A stretch of 64,000 nucleotides of DNA from Leucoraja ocellata. Lineage: Eukaryota. Under the pieces are notes generated by a model. That model ran no database searches. It worked only from the letters and a program-made list of their open reading frames with translations, and was not told the origin of the DNA. A program made the translations under genes and the position numbers. The stretch covers positions 372,001 to 436,000 of the forward strand of contig JAWMAR010000400.1 in the NCBI GenBank assembly GCA_036785375.1, in the 5' to 3' direction. Shown piece by piece: positions 38,301 to 50,300 of the stretch (position 1 is the first letter of the stretch; each line of letters begins with the position of its first letter).

Positions 38301-41300
38301 CCAGGAGCAAAGCTGTCCAAGAGAGGCATTAAACTCGACCACCCTCCAGCTACCTCAGTGAGAGAAATGGATCCAAGTTGTCCAGCAACCATGGGTAAAT
38401 TGACTCGGTGGTACTGCAAGCCAGTAAAGACCAGTAAAATCCCAGATTTGATACCAGTCCTGGCCTCAGCTGATTTGGGCGTCAACACCAAGGCTTGCTA
38501 CAAATAACCTAAACTGTCCTTGTTCAGAGAGCACAAAAAGAATGTGACTAGGATCCCAATCCCCACCCTTGCATGGGAGAGCACAAATTTAGGATAGGGT
38601 TCTCTGAACTATTGGAGGCCAAGTCTGATAAGCCTTTCTGTGATGGAGGGGTCCACCGTGAGACATAGGAGCATAATAGTTCCACATCTGGCACTACAGG
38701 ATTATGTCCCACTAGGGCCAGGACAAGGGGAAAATTGTATCTGACAGGTGAAGTGTAAGTTGCGTGGAAGGACACAATTGGTACTTGTGCTGGAGTAAGA
38801 TTTGTGGATTACAATTTAGATAGCCCTTGGCATGACATTTGAAGAATAAAGTCTTTGTTTAACATTTTGTAAGATTGAGTTGATAGAAAGAGGAGAGTGG
38901 TTTTCCCACTGAGGAGTCTGGAGACCACAGATCTCCCCCGAATTATGAACACCTGACGTATGGGCACCCTGTACATACAAATAAATGTTTGGGAGACTGG
39001 CGGGATGAATGTGGCTGGATTTGCCGGCTGCTGTAAGGTTACAGGCATCTTCTGGCAGGTGGGGTTGGGGCAATTCCGTGACTCTTGGTCCCGAGGCACA
39101 ACGATGGAGGCTGGATCGAGCTGAGCAGAGCTGAGAGTACTGGGAAGATGCGTTCACTCACTCACTGTCAGTGAGATCGGCTGGTGGCTGGTCTTCCAGC
39201 ATCTGCTCGCTATCCCATCACAGTTGTTTATGTGATCCTCTCCCACACACTGTTTTTGTTCATTTCTGACTTAAGAACAGTTCCCAGGATCCGAACCTTT
39301 TCATTACCCGGGGCTGCCTGTTGTCTGAAAGATGGTTCTCTGAGCTTAGTGTCATGGAGAGAGGGCACAGCCAGCTCACAAGAGGGGACAGCGACCTCTG
39401 CTGGCTGATGAACAAAAACATCAATGCCAATGGGGGGAAGAGAGGTGGGAGTTTATGGTTGAGTTGCGGGAGCTGGAAACTGAGAAACGATGGGCCTATA
39501 AACAAGATAGCTGGAGAATGTGTGATGCAGAGTCAATCCTTGACATAACAGGGTGGGTCTCCAGGCACCTTAAAAGCTGGAAAATAAGCAATTTACTCCC
39601 CTCCACTTGGTTCATAGATGGACTGAAGCCACGAGTTCCAGGACTGATTTCTTTGACCACCATGTAGGATAAAAATGATGCACACAAAACAAGCAGATTG
39701 GCTGTGAGACACACAATCCATCCAAGAAACAGGCATAAACCAACAAGCTTGGGTTAGTCCGCTGATTGTATACATTGAGACGGATCTTAAGCTTGTACGA
39801 CAATGCAAAATGGGTTACGGTGAAAAGGCAGACCCTTTTACATCTATCCTGAATTTTATTTCTCAAATAATCACCATCTTACACGACTGCAGAAAGTCAT
39901 GAGTAGCTCCAATATGTCTGAGGTTTAGTGCAAGCAGCCTCGGCATTCTCTATGCTGTAAGCCTGGGAGATAACTCACCCAGAGAAGATACTGGGCAACA
40001 GCTGAGTAGAATCCTACTCTATGTTTTAATCTAAGGAGGGCGATAATGAACCAGCAGCCCATTTTAAACCCTGCCCATTATGTTTCAATGCGGTGCGATA
40101 TCAGAATAGGCCACTGATTCCCTGTTTACATTATTACATAATATCAACCCCATTAACTTTCTAGTGTTTTCATATGCTCTATGGATTGTCTCCTCCTTAG
40201 ATTCAAGTAAGATCGAGCTGTGATTAAGTTCACAAAAATGACCTTTTTTCCTTGGGTCGAAATGTCCAAGACTAGAGGCATAGGTTTAAGATGAGAGGAG
40301 CAAAGTTTAAAGGAGATGTGCAGTGCAGTTTTTTTTGGTGCGGTGCGCAAAACATGCTGCCAGGGGTGGTGGTAAAGACAGATACAGCAGTGGTATTTAA
40401 GAAACTTTTGGATAAGCACAAGGGAATGAAGGGATATGGATTATGTGCAGGCAGAGTAGATTTACGAGGATGTTGCCAGTATTTGAGGTCCTGAACTATA
40501 TTGGGAAATATTGGGTAGGTTAGGACATTATTCCATGGATGAGGGATGATCTAATGGAGGTATATAAGATCAAGAGGAGAATAAATAGGGTGAATCCCTA
40601 TTTATCCCAGAGTATGGGAATCACAAACCAGAAGACATAGGTTTAAGGTGAGTGGGGAAAGATTCGTAAGAACCTGAGGGGCAACTTTTTCACCCAGAGG
40701 ATGGAGGGTATATGGAACGAGCTGCCAGAGGAGGTAGTTGAGGCAGGTACTATAACAACATTTAAAAGACACTTGGACAGTACATGGTTAGCAAAGGTTG
40801 AGGGGCATATGGGTCAAATGCATGCAGGTGTAGCTGGGACATCATGATGGGCATGGGGAATTTGGCCCAAAGGGACTGTTTCTGTGCTTTAAGAATTAGT
40901 TTAACTTGGCATCATGTTCTGCATGGGCTTGTGCTGTACAGTTCAAGAGTCTAAATAGATAACAGGACAGAAGAAAGTTTTCCATGGATGTGAAGGGAAA
41001 TCCCTTGCCTGAAGGAATTGACAAGCTGAGCTTAATCCCGAGCACATTCCACCGCGATTGGCACATTCATTCTGGCTTTGTCACTGCAGAGGACGATCCC
41101 GCACCTGAATGTACCCGGTCGATGCATGCAAGTTAATGGCATCTTTCCCACTGCATCTTCCATGCTCTCCATTCAGGTGCGCAGCATTCCCCTCAGAGTA
41201 CCGGTTTGTCCAAGTGTTTTCACACCCCATGCACAGAAAACAGCAGCTCACGCACCTTTTTTTGAGCCGATAGAAGATGGTTAGGCAGAGGGGAAAGAAA

Positions 41301-44300
41301 GACCAGTTAGAGAGAAATGTAATTGCAAAGAATTGCAGATGCCGGTTTACCAAAGAAGACACAAAGCACTGGAGTAACAGCTGCATCTCAAGAGAACATG
41401 GATAGGTGACGTTTCAGGTCAGGACTCTCAGACATTGCAGAGGGGGGGGGGGGGGGGGGGGGGGGAAGCTGGAAAGGAAGCTGCAAAAGAGGAACGGCAG
41501 GACAGAGCATGGCTGCTAATAGGTGAACAGAGACGAGGGGGATTCCATGGGCAGATTGGTGGACAAAGGCCATAGAAGAAAAGACAGGTGTGAGCCCAAA
41601 AGGATAAAGAATTGCGAATTTTGAAGCTCAAGGATAGAAAAGTTGCAAACTGTGAAGCCAATGGAAGGAAAACCTCCTTGAATGTGTTCACCTATTAGCG
41701 GCCATGTTCTGTCTGCCCCTCCTCTCGTCCAGCTCTCTTTCCAGCCCCTCCCCCCCTGCCCCCTGCCCCGCCTAAACCCCATGCAATCAGTCTGAAGAAG
41801 GGTCTCTCGACTTGAAACATCACCTATCCATGTTCTCCAGAGACGATGCCTGGCCTGCTGAGTAGCTCCAGCATTTTGTGCCTTTCTCCAGTTAGAAAGA
41901 ACATGGAAAGTAACTGGAAGAGGACAGGGCAGATAGTTTCAGCAATATCATCAATTCTGAATACTTCTTGTGTATTTTGGGTTACATTTTATCCTGGGTT
42001 AGTGGACAGAGGAGTGTGAATCAGGCACGGGTGAAAACATTTAAGACTAAGCATACTTCAATTACTGCATGGCATGGTCAATTGGCCTGCTAAAATTATA
42101 AAATCCACATGAGGAAAATATTTCCCCTATTTTGGAAAATGTCCACTTTTTGAGAATGATACAATTGTGATTCTCCCCCCCCCCCCCCCCGTTTCACACC
42201 ACCACATCAGCCCCCCTCCCTGCTTCCCCACACGTTTCACCCAACCACATCAGCCCCCCCTCCCTCCTGTGTACCAAAGGGCACTTGCAAATTCCACTGC
42301 AAATGTACTGTGGCTTCAGCCAAAATGATAAGATCAGAAGTAATAGGGGCAGATTCGGGCCATCAGGACCCATCAAGACTACTGCACCATTTAATCAAGG
42401 CTGATCTATCTCTCCCTCCTAACCCCATTATCCTGCCTTCTCCCCATAACCCCTGATCCCTGCACTAATCAAAAATATCCATTTACTTGGCCTCCACAGC
42501 CTTCTGTGGCAAAGAATTCCACAGATGCACCACCCTCTGACTAAAGAAATTTCACCTCATCTCCTTCCTAAAGGAACTCCTTTTAATTCTGAGGCTGCGA
42601 CCTCTAGTCCAAGATTCTCACTAGTGAAACATCACATCCACTCTATCTGAGCCTTTCACTATTCAGTAAATTCGGCTTCACTCAATGGGATTGGCCAAGT
42701 ATTGTCAGATGGTGCATCCACAGTCCAGGTTAGGACAGTCTGCTCAACCAAATGACATGTATGATCCACACAGTCCGGACATGGGGATATCAGTTCAGGT
42801 CCTAGACCCTGACAATTTAATCCCCTAAATCCTTTGTAGCAAGAATTTAGCATGAAGAGGGTGTGAAGATGCATGCATACTGGGAGAATGCATTACCCCA
42901 GCAAGCAAGCAACCTAAAACCCTCCGCCCTGGTTATTCTGATCTACCGGCTTAACTTTGGAGGAAGCTTGGTGGCATTTCCACTCAAACGAAAGAACAGG
43001 CAAAGCCTTAAAGGATTAGTTGACTATAACTTCAGAAGTAAAAAGGGGGTGAACATCAGAATGGGATCTGTCACTGAGATGATCAGAAACAGACTTTCAT
43101 AAATAATATAGTAAGGTTACTCAAAGGTAAAACGATGAATAGAATTAAAAATGGTACTAACCTTAGGGTTGTTGGCTATGATCTGGTTCTCAGTTTCCCT
43201 GAAATAAATAGATCAGATATATATTTATTATCGGGAATAAAATATTTTTTTCCAAATTTCCTCCAGTTTTAAACTGTATTTATTTTTTCTGGAGACAGGC
43301 TCTCACTACCCAATGATTTCTCAGGTTTGTAAACATGAGGCAGGCCCATTGTCAGAGCAGCAACATCTACTAGCATGCAGTTGAATTTGGTGTAGTTACA
43401 GTATTATGAACTATGCAAATTTTACACTAAAAATGCTGCTGATACTCAGCAGGTCAGATAGCATCTGTGAATGCACAGAAACAGTGTTAACGTTTCAAGT
43501 TGATGATCTTTCAACTTTCTCTCTGCATAGCTGCTATCTGACCTGTTAGGTGCGTCTAGCATTTTCTGTTTTTCAATTTCAGATCTCCGGAAGCTGCAAT
43601 TTTAAAATCCCTGTCGGCAGAAAAGGCATCTAAAACCAGGTGATTCTGTTTTTCCAAGTGGTGTCAGTTTAGTTTATTGTCACGTATGCAGTGAAAACCT
43701 TTTGTTGTGTGCTAATCAGTCAGCAGGAAGACATGATTACAATCGAGCCATTCACAGTGTATAGATACATGATAAGGGAATAAAGTAAAGCCAGCAAAGT
43801 CTGATCAAGGATAGTCCGAGGCTCACCAAAGAGGTAGATAGTAGTTCAGCACTGCTCTCTGGTTGTGGTAGGATGATTCAATTGCCTGATAACAGCTGAG
43901 AAGAAACAGTCCCTGAATCTGGAGGTGTGCATTTTCACACCTATACCTTTTGCCTGATGGGAGAGGGGAGAAGAGGGAGTGGTCAGGGTGCGACTCGACC
44001 TTTATTATGCTGCTGGCCTTACCGAGGTAGCGTGAGGTATAAATGGAGTATAAATGTCATTTGCATTTGGAAAACACACTCTTCTTCTGATGAGGACAAA
44101 CAGACTCTCATTATGGCCGGAGCAGACAGTGGGTTTATCGGTCTAGTCTGGACAGCTGGCCAACAATTCCCTCAGCTGCTCCCCTCCCAGTCTCGGTCCC
44201 CGCTTGTGCTTGGTGAGAGGTCACTCACTCTGACAGGTTCTGTTTCTCCGAGAAGACCCTGAGGACAAACTCGCCCTCCTGGTGCGGTTCGTACGTGGAA

Positions 44301-47300
44301 GGGACGATCACATATTCACCCGGGGGTAGGCTGAAGCGCTCTGATACCTCCCGCAGGTTAATGTATGACTTTGACCTGCTTCTGGAGGCCTGGTAGAGGA
44401 AGAAATCTTTGGGAAGATGTTGCTTATTGCTGTACATCTGGGGGAGAAAAAGGAACAAAGTAAATTAAACATTATTTTCCAAGGACTGGCAGGATTGTCT
44501 GGAGAGCAACATTTCCCACTGCCAAGTCACCAATCAAAACAAGAATAATACAGGTACTTCCCAGGTAATGGCAGGGATCCATATCTGAGAATTGTTCATT
44601 CCAGGTGCATCTCACAGGTCAAAAATGCAGCTGTGAATCAAGTTCGCAGTCAGCAGAAGATGTCTGCACTCCGCAGTGACCAGCAATTCCATCTGCCAGA
44701 CAATTGTTTATATCTAGGACAGAATCTTAAATGCTGGTTTCAAATGAAGATAGACACAAAAGGCTGGAGTAACTCAGCGGGCATCTCTGGAGAAAAGAAA
44801 TAGGTGACGTTTCTGGTCGAGACCCTTCTTCAGAAAAAGGATCTCAACCCAAAACGCCACTTCTTCCTTTTCTCCAGCGATGCCGTCTAACCTGCTGAGT
44901 TACTCCAGCTTTTTATGTCCATCTTCGCTTGTTTATAAACTCAGGGCTGCATACAAGTCAGGTGTTCTAAAACTGCAGGCTAATGGTGATACTGATCAGC
45001 AGATAAATTGGGCAGAACAATGACAAACGGAATTTCATCCTCATAAATGTTAGGTGAAGCATTTTGTAGGAATCAGTGTTGGACATACATTATGAATGGA
45101 AGGGCCTCAGGGAGCATTAAGGAACATTGATGTACAAATCTATAAACCCTTGATTGTGGCAGCACAGGCAGATAAGGTGATGAACAAGGTGCATGAGATA
45201 CTTGCCTTTATTATCCAGGGCAAGCATCTAGGAGCAGAGAAATTATGGTACTGCTTTACAAAGCATTGATTAGGACACAATTGGAGAATAGTTTACAGTT
45301 TCGATCTCCATACTACAGGAAGGATGTGATTGCATTAAATGGTGGAAGGAGATTCACCAGCATTTTGGCTGTGATGGATTGGTTCATTTGCGAGGGAAGG
45401 CTCGATAGGCTAGGTTATTTCCCTTGGAGCAGAAGAGGCTGAGGGAGAACCTGATAAAAGGTATACAAAATTATGAGCTGCTCAGATAGGATGGATAGTA
45501 AGAAACCATTCCCCACAGAAATGTCTAAGATCAGAGATTATAGGTTTAAGATGAGTATTGGCATTGGCCTATGATTATCACATGTACCGAGATACAGTGA
45601 AAAGCTTTGTTGTGTGCAATCCAATCAAATCATACTATATACTAGTACAATCAACCCATACACAAATACAACAGGCAATGCAACGAGAAAAATACCAGAG
45701 TGCAGAATACAGTATTGCAACATTATAGCATTGCAGTTGACAGAAAATAAGTGCAAGGTGTGCAAGGTGCACAATGAGGTAGATTGGTAGATTGGGACTA
45801 CTCTTGATTATGGGAGGACAATGCAGTATTCTAATAACAGTGGGGAAGAAGCAGGGAAGTAGGAGGTTTGGAGGGGATCTGAAGAAGCTCTCTTCCACCC
45901 AGAGGTTGGCTGAAATCTGGAAACTATAGGTTGAGAAGGTGATGGAGGCAGGTACTCTCACAACAATAGTGAGCTATTTGTACAATACTTGAATCATCAA
46001 GGCATAGAAAGATACAGAACAAACGCTGGCAAATGGATTATCGGTAGACAATTGATGATCAATGTAAACATAAGCCTGTTTCTGTGTTGTATGGTTCAAT
46101 GACACAGTAAAACCAAATGGAAGGAAGAGTTCTCCCTGCAGCAAATTGAAAAATTACAACTAAAAAAGGCAAATTTTTGTATATAAAATCATGAGAGAAA
46201 TAGATCGGGTAGATGCACAGAATCTCTTGCCCAGAGTAAGGGAATCGAGGACCAGAGGACAAAGGTTTAAGGTGAAGCTGCCAGAGGAGGCAGATGAGGC
46301 TGGGATTATCCCAACATTTAAGAAACAGTTAGACATGTACATAGATAGGACAGGTTTGGAGGGATATGGACCAAGCGCAGGCAGGTGGGACTGTGTTGCT
46401 GGGACATGTTGGCCGGTGTAGGCATGTTCGGCCAAAGGGCCTATATTCCACACTGTAACACTCTTGACTCTAATTAGGGAATTTAAAATGTAAATTTATT
46501 GAGTGGCTCAAGAGATGGGCCAGGTTAAAAACCGGTGGCTCCAGAGTGATAATTATATGGTATAATTCCTGGCTCGGGAGGGTTTATTTGTGAAACACAA
46601 CCATGTTATAATGGTTAAAAAAAACACACACACTCCTTTCAGAACTGAATGGTAGAATACACAGGAAACAAAGCACTGCAAACATGTTAGAGCAAATCAG
46701 TCACATAAAACTTGTAATCGCAAATATTAGAACAAACATGTTGCAGTGATCTACAGCCATCCTTTGTTTATTTACCTCCTTTGGCACCTTTAAGAAAAAG
46801 AAAAAAAAGACAAATATTAACATTTCCATCAAAATCTAAAACATGCAAATACATACTCAAACTTTATAAGCACAGGGAATGTATCTGTAAGGCAAAATTT
46901 ACAGCACCACTAGTTTTGGTGCGGCAATGTGTGGGTGGTGAATGGGGAGGAACAGCAAGTCTGGGATGTCCAAACTCAGTTAGCTGCCCTGCTCACCCAG
47001 TCCAGGCACACCTGAAGGCATGGCCTGGCTAGGTCTGACAGCCTGTCAGCACCTCCTGTAGAAGAGTGACGACAAATTAATAATCTGTGATTTGTCACAG
47101 ATTTGTAAAAAAGACTCCCACATTTCCACACTTTGATTGAAGGTGAAGAATGTTGCTGCATTGGGCATGGATTTAAATCCAACCCAATTAAGATCAATAT
47201 CTGACCTGCCTGCTAGGGTAGATTTCCATTTCCCTGAGCGGGGATTATGGTGGAACAATTCACCGACCGTAAGGAAGCCAACACCGATCTCAGGGGAAAG

Positions 47301-50300
47301 GTGAACATGCAGTTTTGAAAACTGGAGTAGAATTTCCTCCATTACATTACAATCACAATGAACTAAAAAAACCTTGGAGAAACGAGGAACTGCTGATGTT
47401 GGCTTACAAATTAAGATACAAAGTGCTGGAGTAACTCAGCGGGTCAGGCAGCATCTCTGGAGGTAGTTGTTTTGCTCAGGACCCTTCTTCAGACTGCTTG
47501 TTGTGGGATGGGGGGCGGGGGTGGAGAAAGCTTCAAGGGAGGAGGGGCAGGACAAAGCCTAGCAAATTATAGATAAAACTAGAAGTGTGAAATGTGAAGC
47601 CAGAGGAAGGGAAACACATGGAAGAGGAAGGGGAGGGGATAAATGGTTGTGCACCTAGGTGGGACACAAGGAAGGGGGCCGGGTTTGTAGGTTAGTTACC
47701 CAAAATTGGAAAATTCAATGTTCATACCTGTAGATGGCTAGTGCATGTGCCTTTAACATAGTGACCTTACCACACTTAACCACTCCCCTTATCAGGGGTA
47801 TAACTGCATGTTCCCTCCCTGGTGTCTCTCTCTCTAGCTCTGGTGACAGACCACGTACAGCTAGTATAGCACTTATGTGAACAGTTAATAAAAGCTACAG
47901 TTAAGACAATGTGTTGATGAGACTTCTTTACATGGTGTCTCAGCTGTGAGACCCTGCGCCTCCTGTTTGCCGGTTTTCTTTTATTTTATACCCCAGTACC
48001 CTTATCCTGTTTCCTTCCCTCGTGCCATGGCCAACTCGTGCCGCAAGCCCGACCCGCTTGTATTTGATGGGGACATTGCCCATCGATGGGATGTCTTCCG
48101 ACGTGATTTTCAGCATTATGTGACCATCGCCCACCCTGCTGCCACCGCTGAGACGCGTGCATCTCTGCTCCTCAACTTGGCCGGTCCCGACGCCCTGGAA
48201 CGGTCCGAGTCATTTGTGTATGCTGCTGGTGAGAGTGCCCTCGACCCGGTATGTCTCATTGCTAAGTTCACTGCCCTGTGTGATGTTCCCACCAACTCTA
48301 TTTTGGAGCGTTTCAAAATGTTTGGCCGTCGGCAGAGCGCTGACGAGTCCGTCACTAACTACATCGCCGCGTTGAGGCACCTGGCTCGTCGCTGCCGCCT
48401 TGATGCCCTGACCCCCGAGCAGCTGACTCGTGATATCCTTGTGTACGGCCTCCGCGATACCAAACTGAGAGCAGAACTTCTCAGAATGCCCGAACTTTCT
48501 CTGGATGCGGCTCTACACGCTGCACTCATGGCTGAGGCTGTCGCCTCTACCCTGCCACCCGAGGACACTCATGTCGACTTAGCCTCTGCCACCGGCCGCC
48601 CAAGAAACGTTGCCCCGCGGCGGCAACAGGGTCCACCCCCACCCAAGTCCGGCGTCGCCCGCCGCTGCCCCAACTGCAACTTTGCTACCCATCAATTCAA
48701 CGTGTGCCCTGCCCTGGGGAAGACCTGCAATTTCTGCAGAAAGCTAAATCATTTTTCTGCAGCCTGCCGAGCCCGCGGGAATCCAGCCCCCCCTTTTCGG
48801 AGAGTGCCGGTCAACCTTGCTCAAGCTGATAGTACTGGCTCAGAGCACCTGCCTGATGATCTCACCCTTTCTGATATCAGTTCCTCCGAAGGGGAGGCCA
48901 ACGTGTTTTCGCTTCTAGACTCTCATGCTTTGGTTGCTAACCCTTCTGTCCGTGTGACCGTCAATGGTACGACCTTCTCGGCTAAGTTAGACACAGGCGC
49001 TTTCACAAATGTTATGTCAACAAGCCTGTTTCGCAAGATAAGGTCTGGTGAGAAAGTGTCTGCTGCTCACTCCCGCCTGCATGCATATGGGGGAGCCGTA
49101 CTCGTTCCTGTGGGAAAGACAACTCTGCACTGCAAGGTCCTGGAGGCCTCTCGGCCCCTCACTTTCTACCTGCTAGATTCCGACAACGTGACCCTGCTAG
49201 GCGCCCGAGCGTGCCAGGACCTCGGTTTGGTCTCCTTTCATCACGACATCCATCAGGTGCAGACCCTCATGGACCCCCTACGTGAATACCCTGACCGCTT
49301 CGATGACAGGCTGGGCAAGCTGCCCAGCTGCTACAAGATTGCTGTCGACTCCAGCATTGAGCCTGTGGTCCGCCCGCCACACCGCGTCTCCTTCGCCATG
49401 AAGGACAAGGTGAAGTCTGCGTTACTGAACATGGTCTCCAAGGGCATCCTGAAAGAGGTGAGCGAGCCCACCCGGTGGGTCTCCACCATGGTGGTGGCGG
49501 CGAAGAAGGACAAATCTGAGATTCGCATTTGCATCAACCCCAAGGACCTGAACCTGGCAATCAAACGCCCGCACTACCCGATGCGCACAGTAGAGGACGT
49601 CGCCGCACAGGTTGGCCCGGCCACTGTCTTTTCGGTCCTCGATGCCAAAAGCTCTTTCTGGCAGATACCGTTAGATGAACGTTCTTCCTACCTGACGACT
49701 TTCAGCACGCCTTTCGGAAGATTTCGATTTCTGCGCATGCCATTCGGCATCAACTCTGCCAGTGAGGTGTTCCAGCGGACCATGGAGCAGCTGTTCGCCG
49801 GTCTGCCGTGTGCCATCATAGTTGACGACATCCTGGTCTATGGCAAGGACGTGGCTGAACACGACCTGAACCTCCGTAAAGTCCTAGATCGGGCCCGGGA
49901 CATTAATCTGAAACTTAACCCAAAGAAATGTCGATTCCGCGTTAAAGAAGTCACTTACGTGGGCCACGTCTTTACCGCCTCGGGCCTGAAGCCCGACCCG
50001 GAGAAAACTGCTGCCGTCTCTGGAATGTCCCCTCCTACCGATGTGCCCGCTCTGCAGCGTTTCTTGGGCATGGTGAACTACCTGGGGAAGTTTATCCCTG
50101 ACCTCAGCAAACTGAGTGCGCCCCTGAGGGAGCTCATCAAAAAGGACACTGCCTGGGCTTGGTTCCCGCAACACCAACGCGCCTTTGACGTCCTGAAGTC
50201 CCGACTGGTCAGTACCCCCACACTCAATTTTTTTGACCTACAGCACCCCATTGTTCTCACCTGTGACGCTTCCAAGTTTGGCCTCGGCGCCGCTTGCATG

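Noticed and set aside
41441-41465. Long G/C homopolymers (also near 10800, 25845-25870, 42175-42190)
   Set aside because: Mostly slippage tracts within repeats; lengths unreliable and no function supportable.
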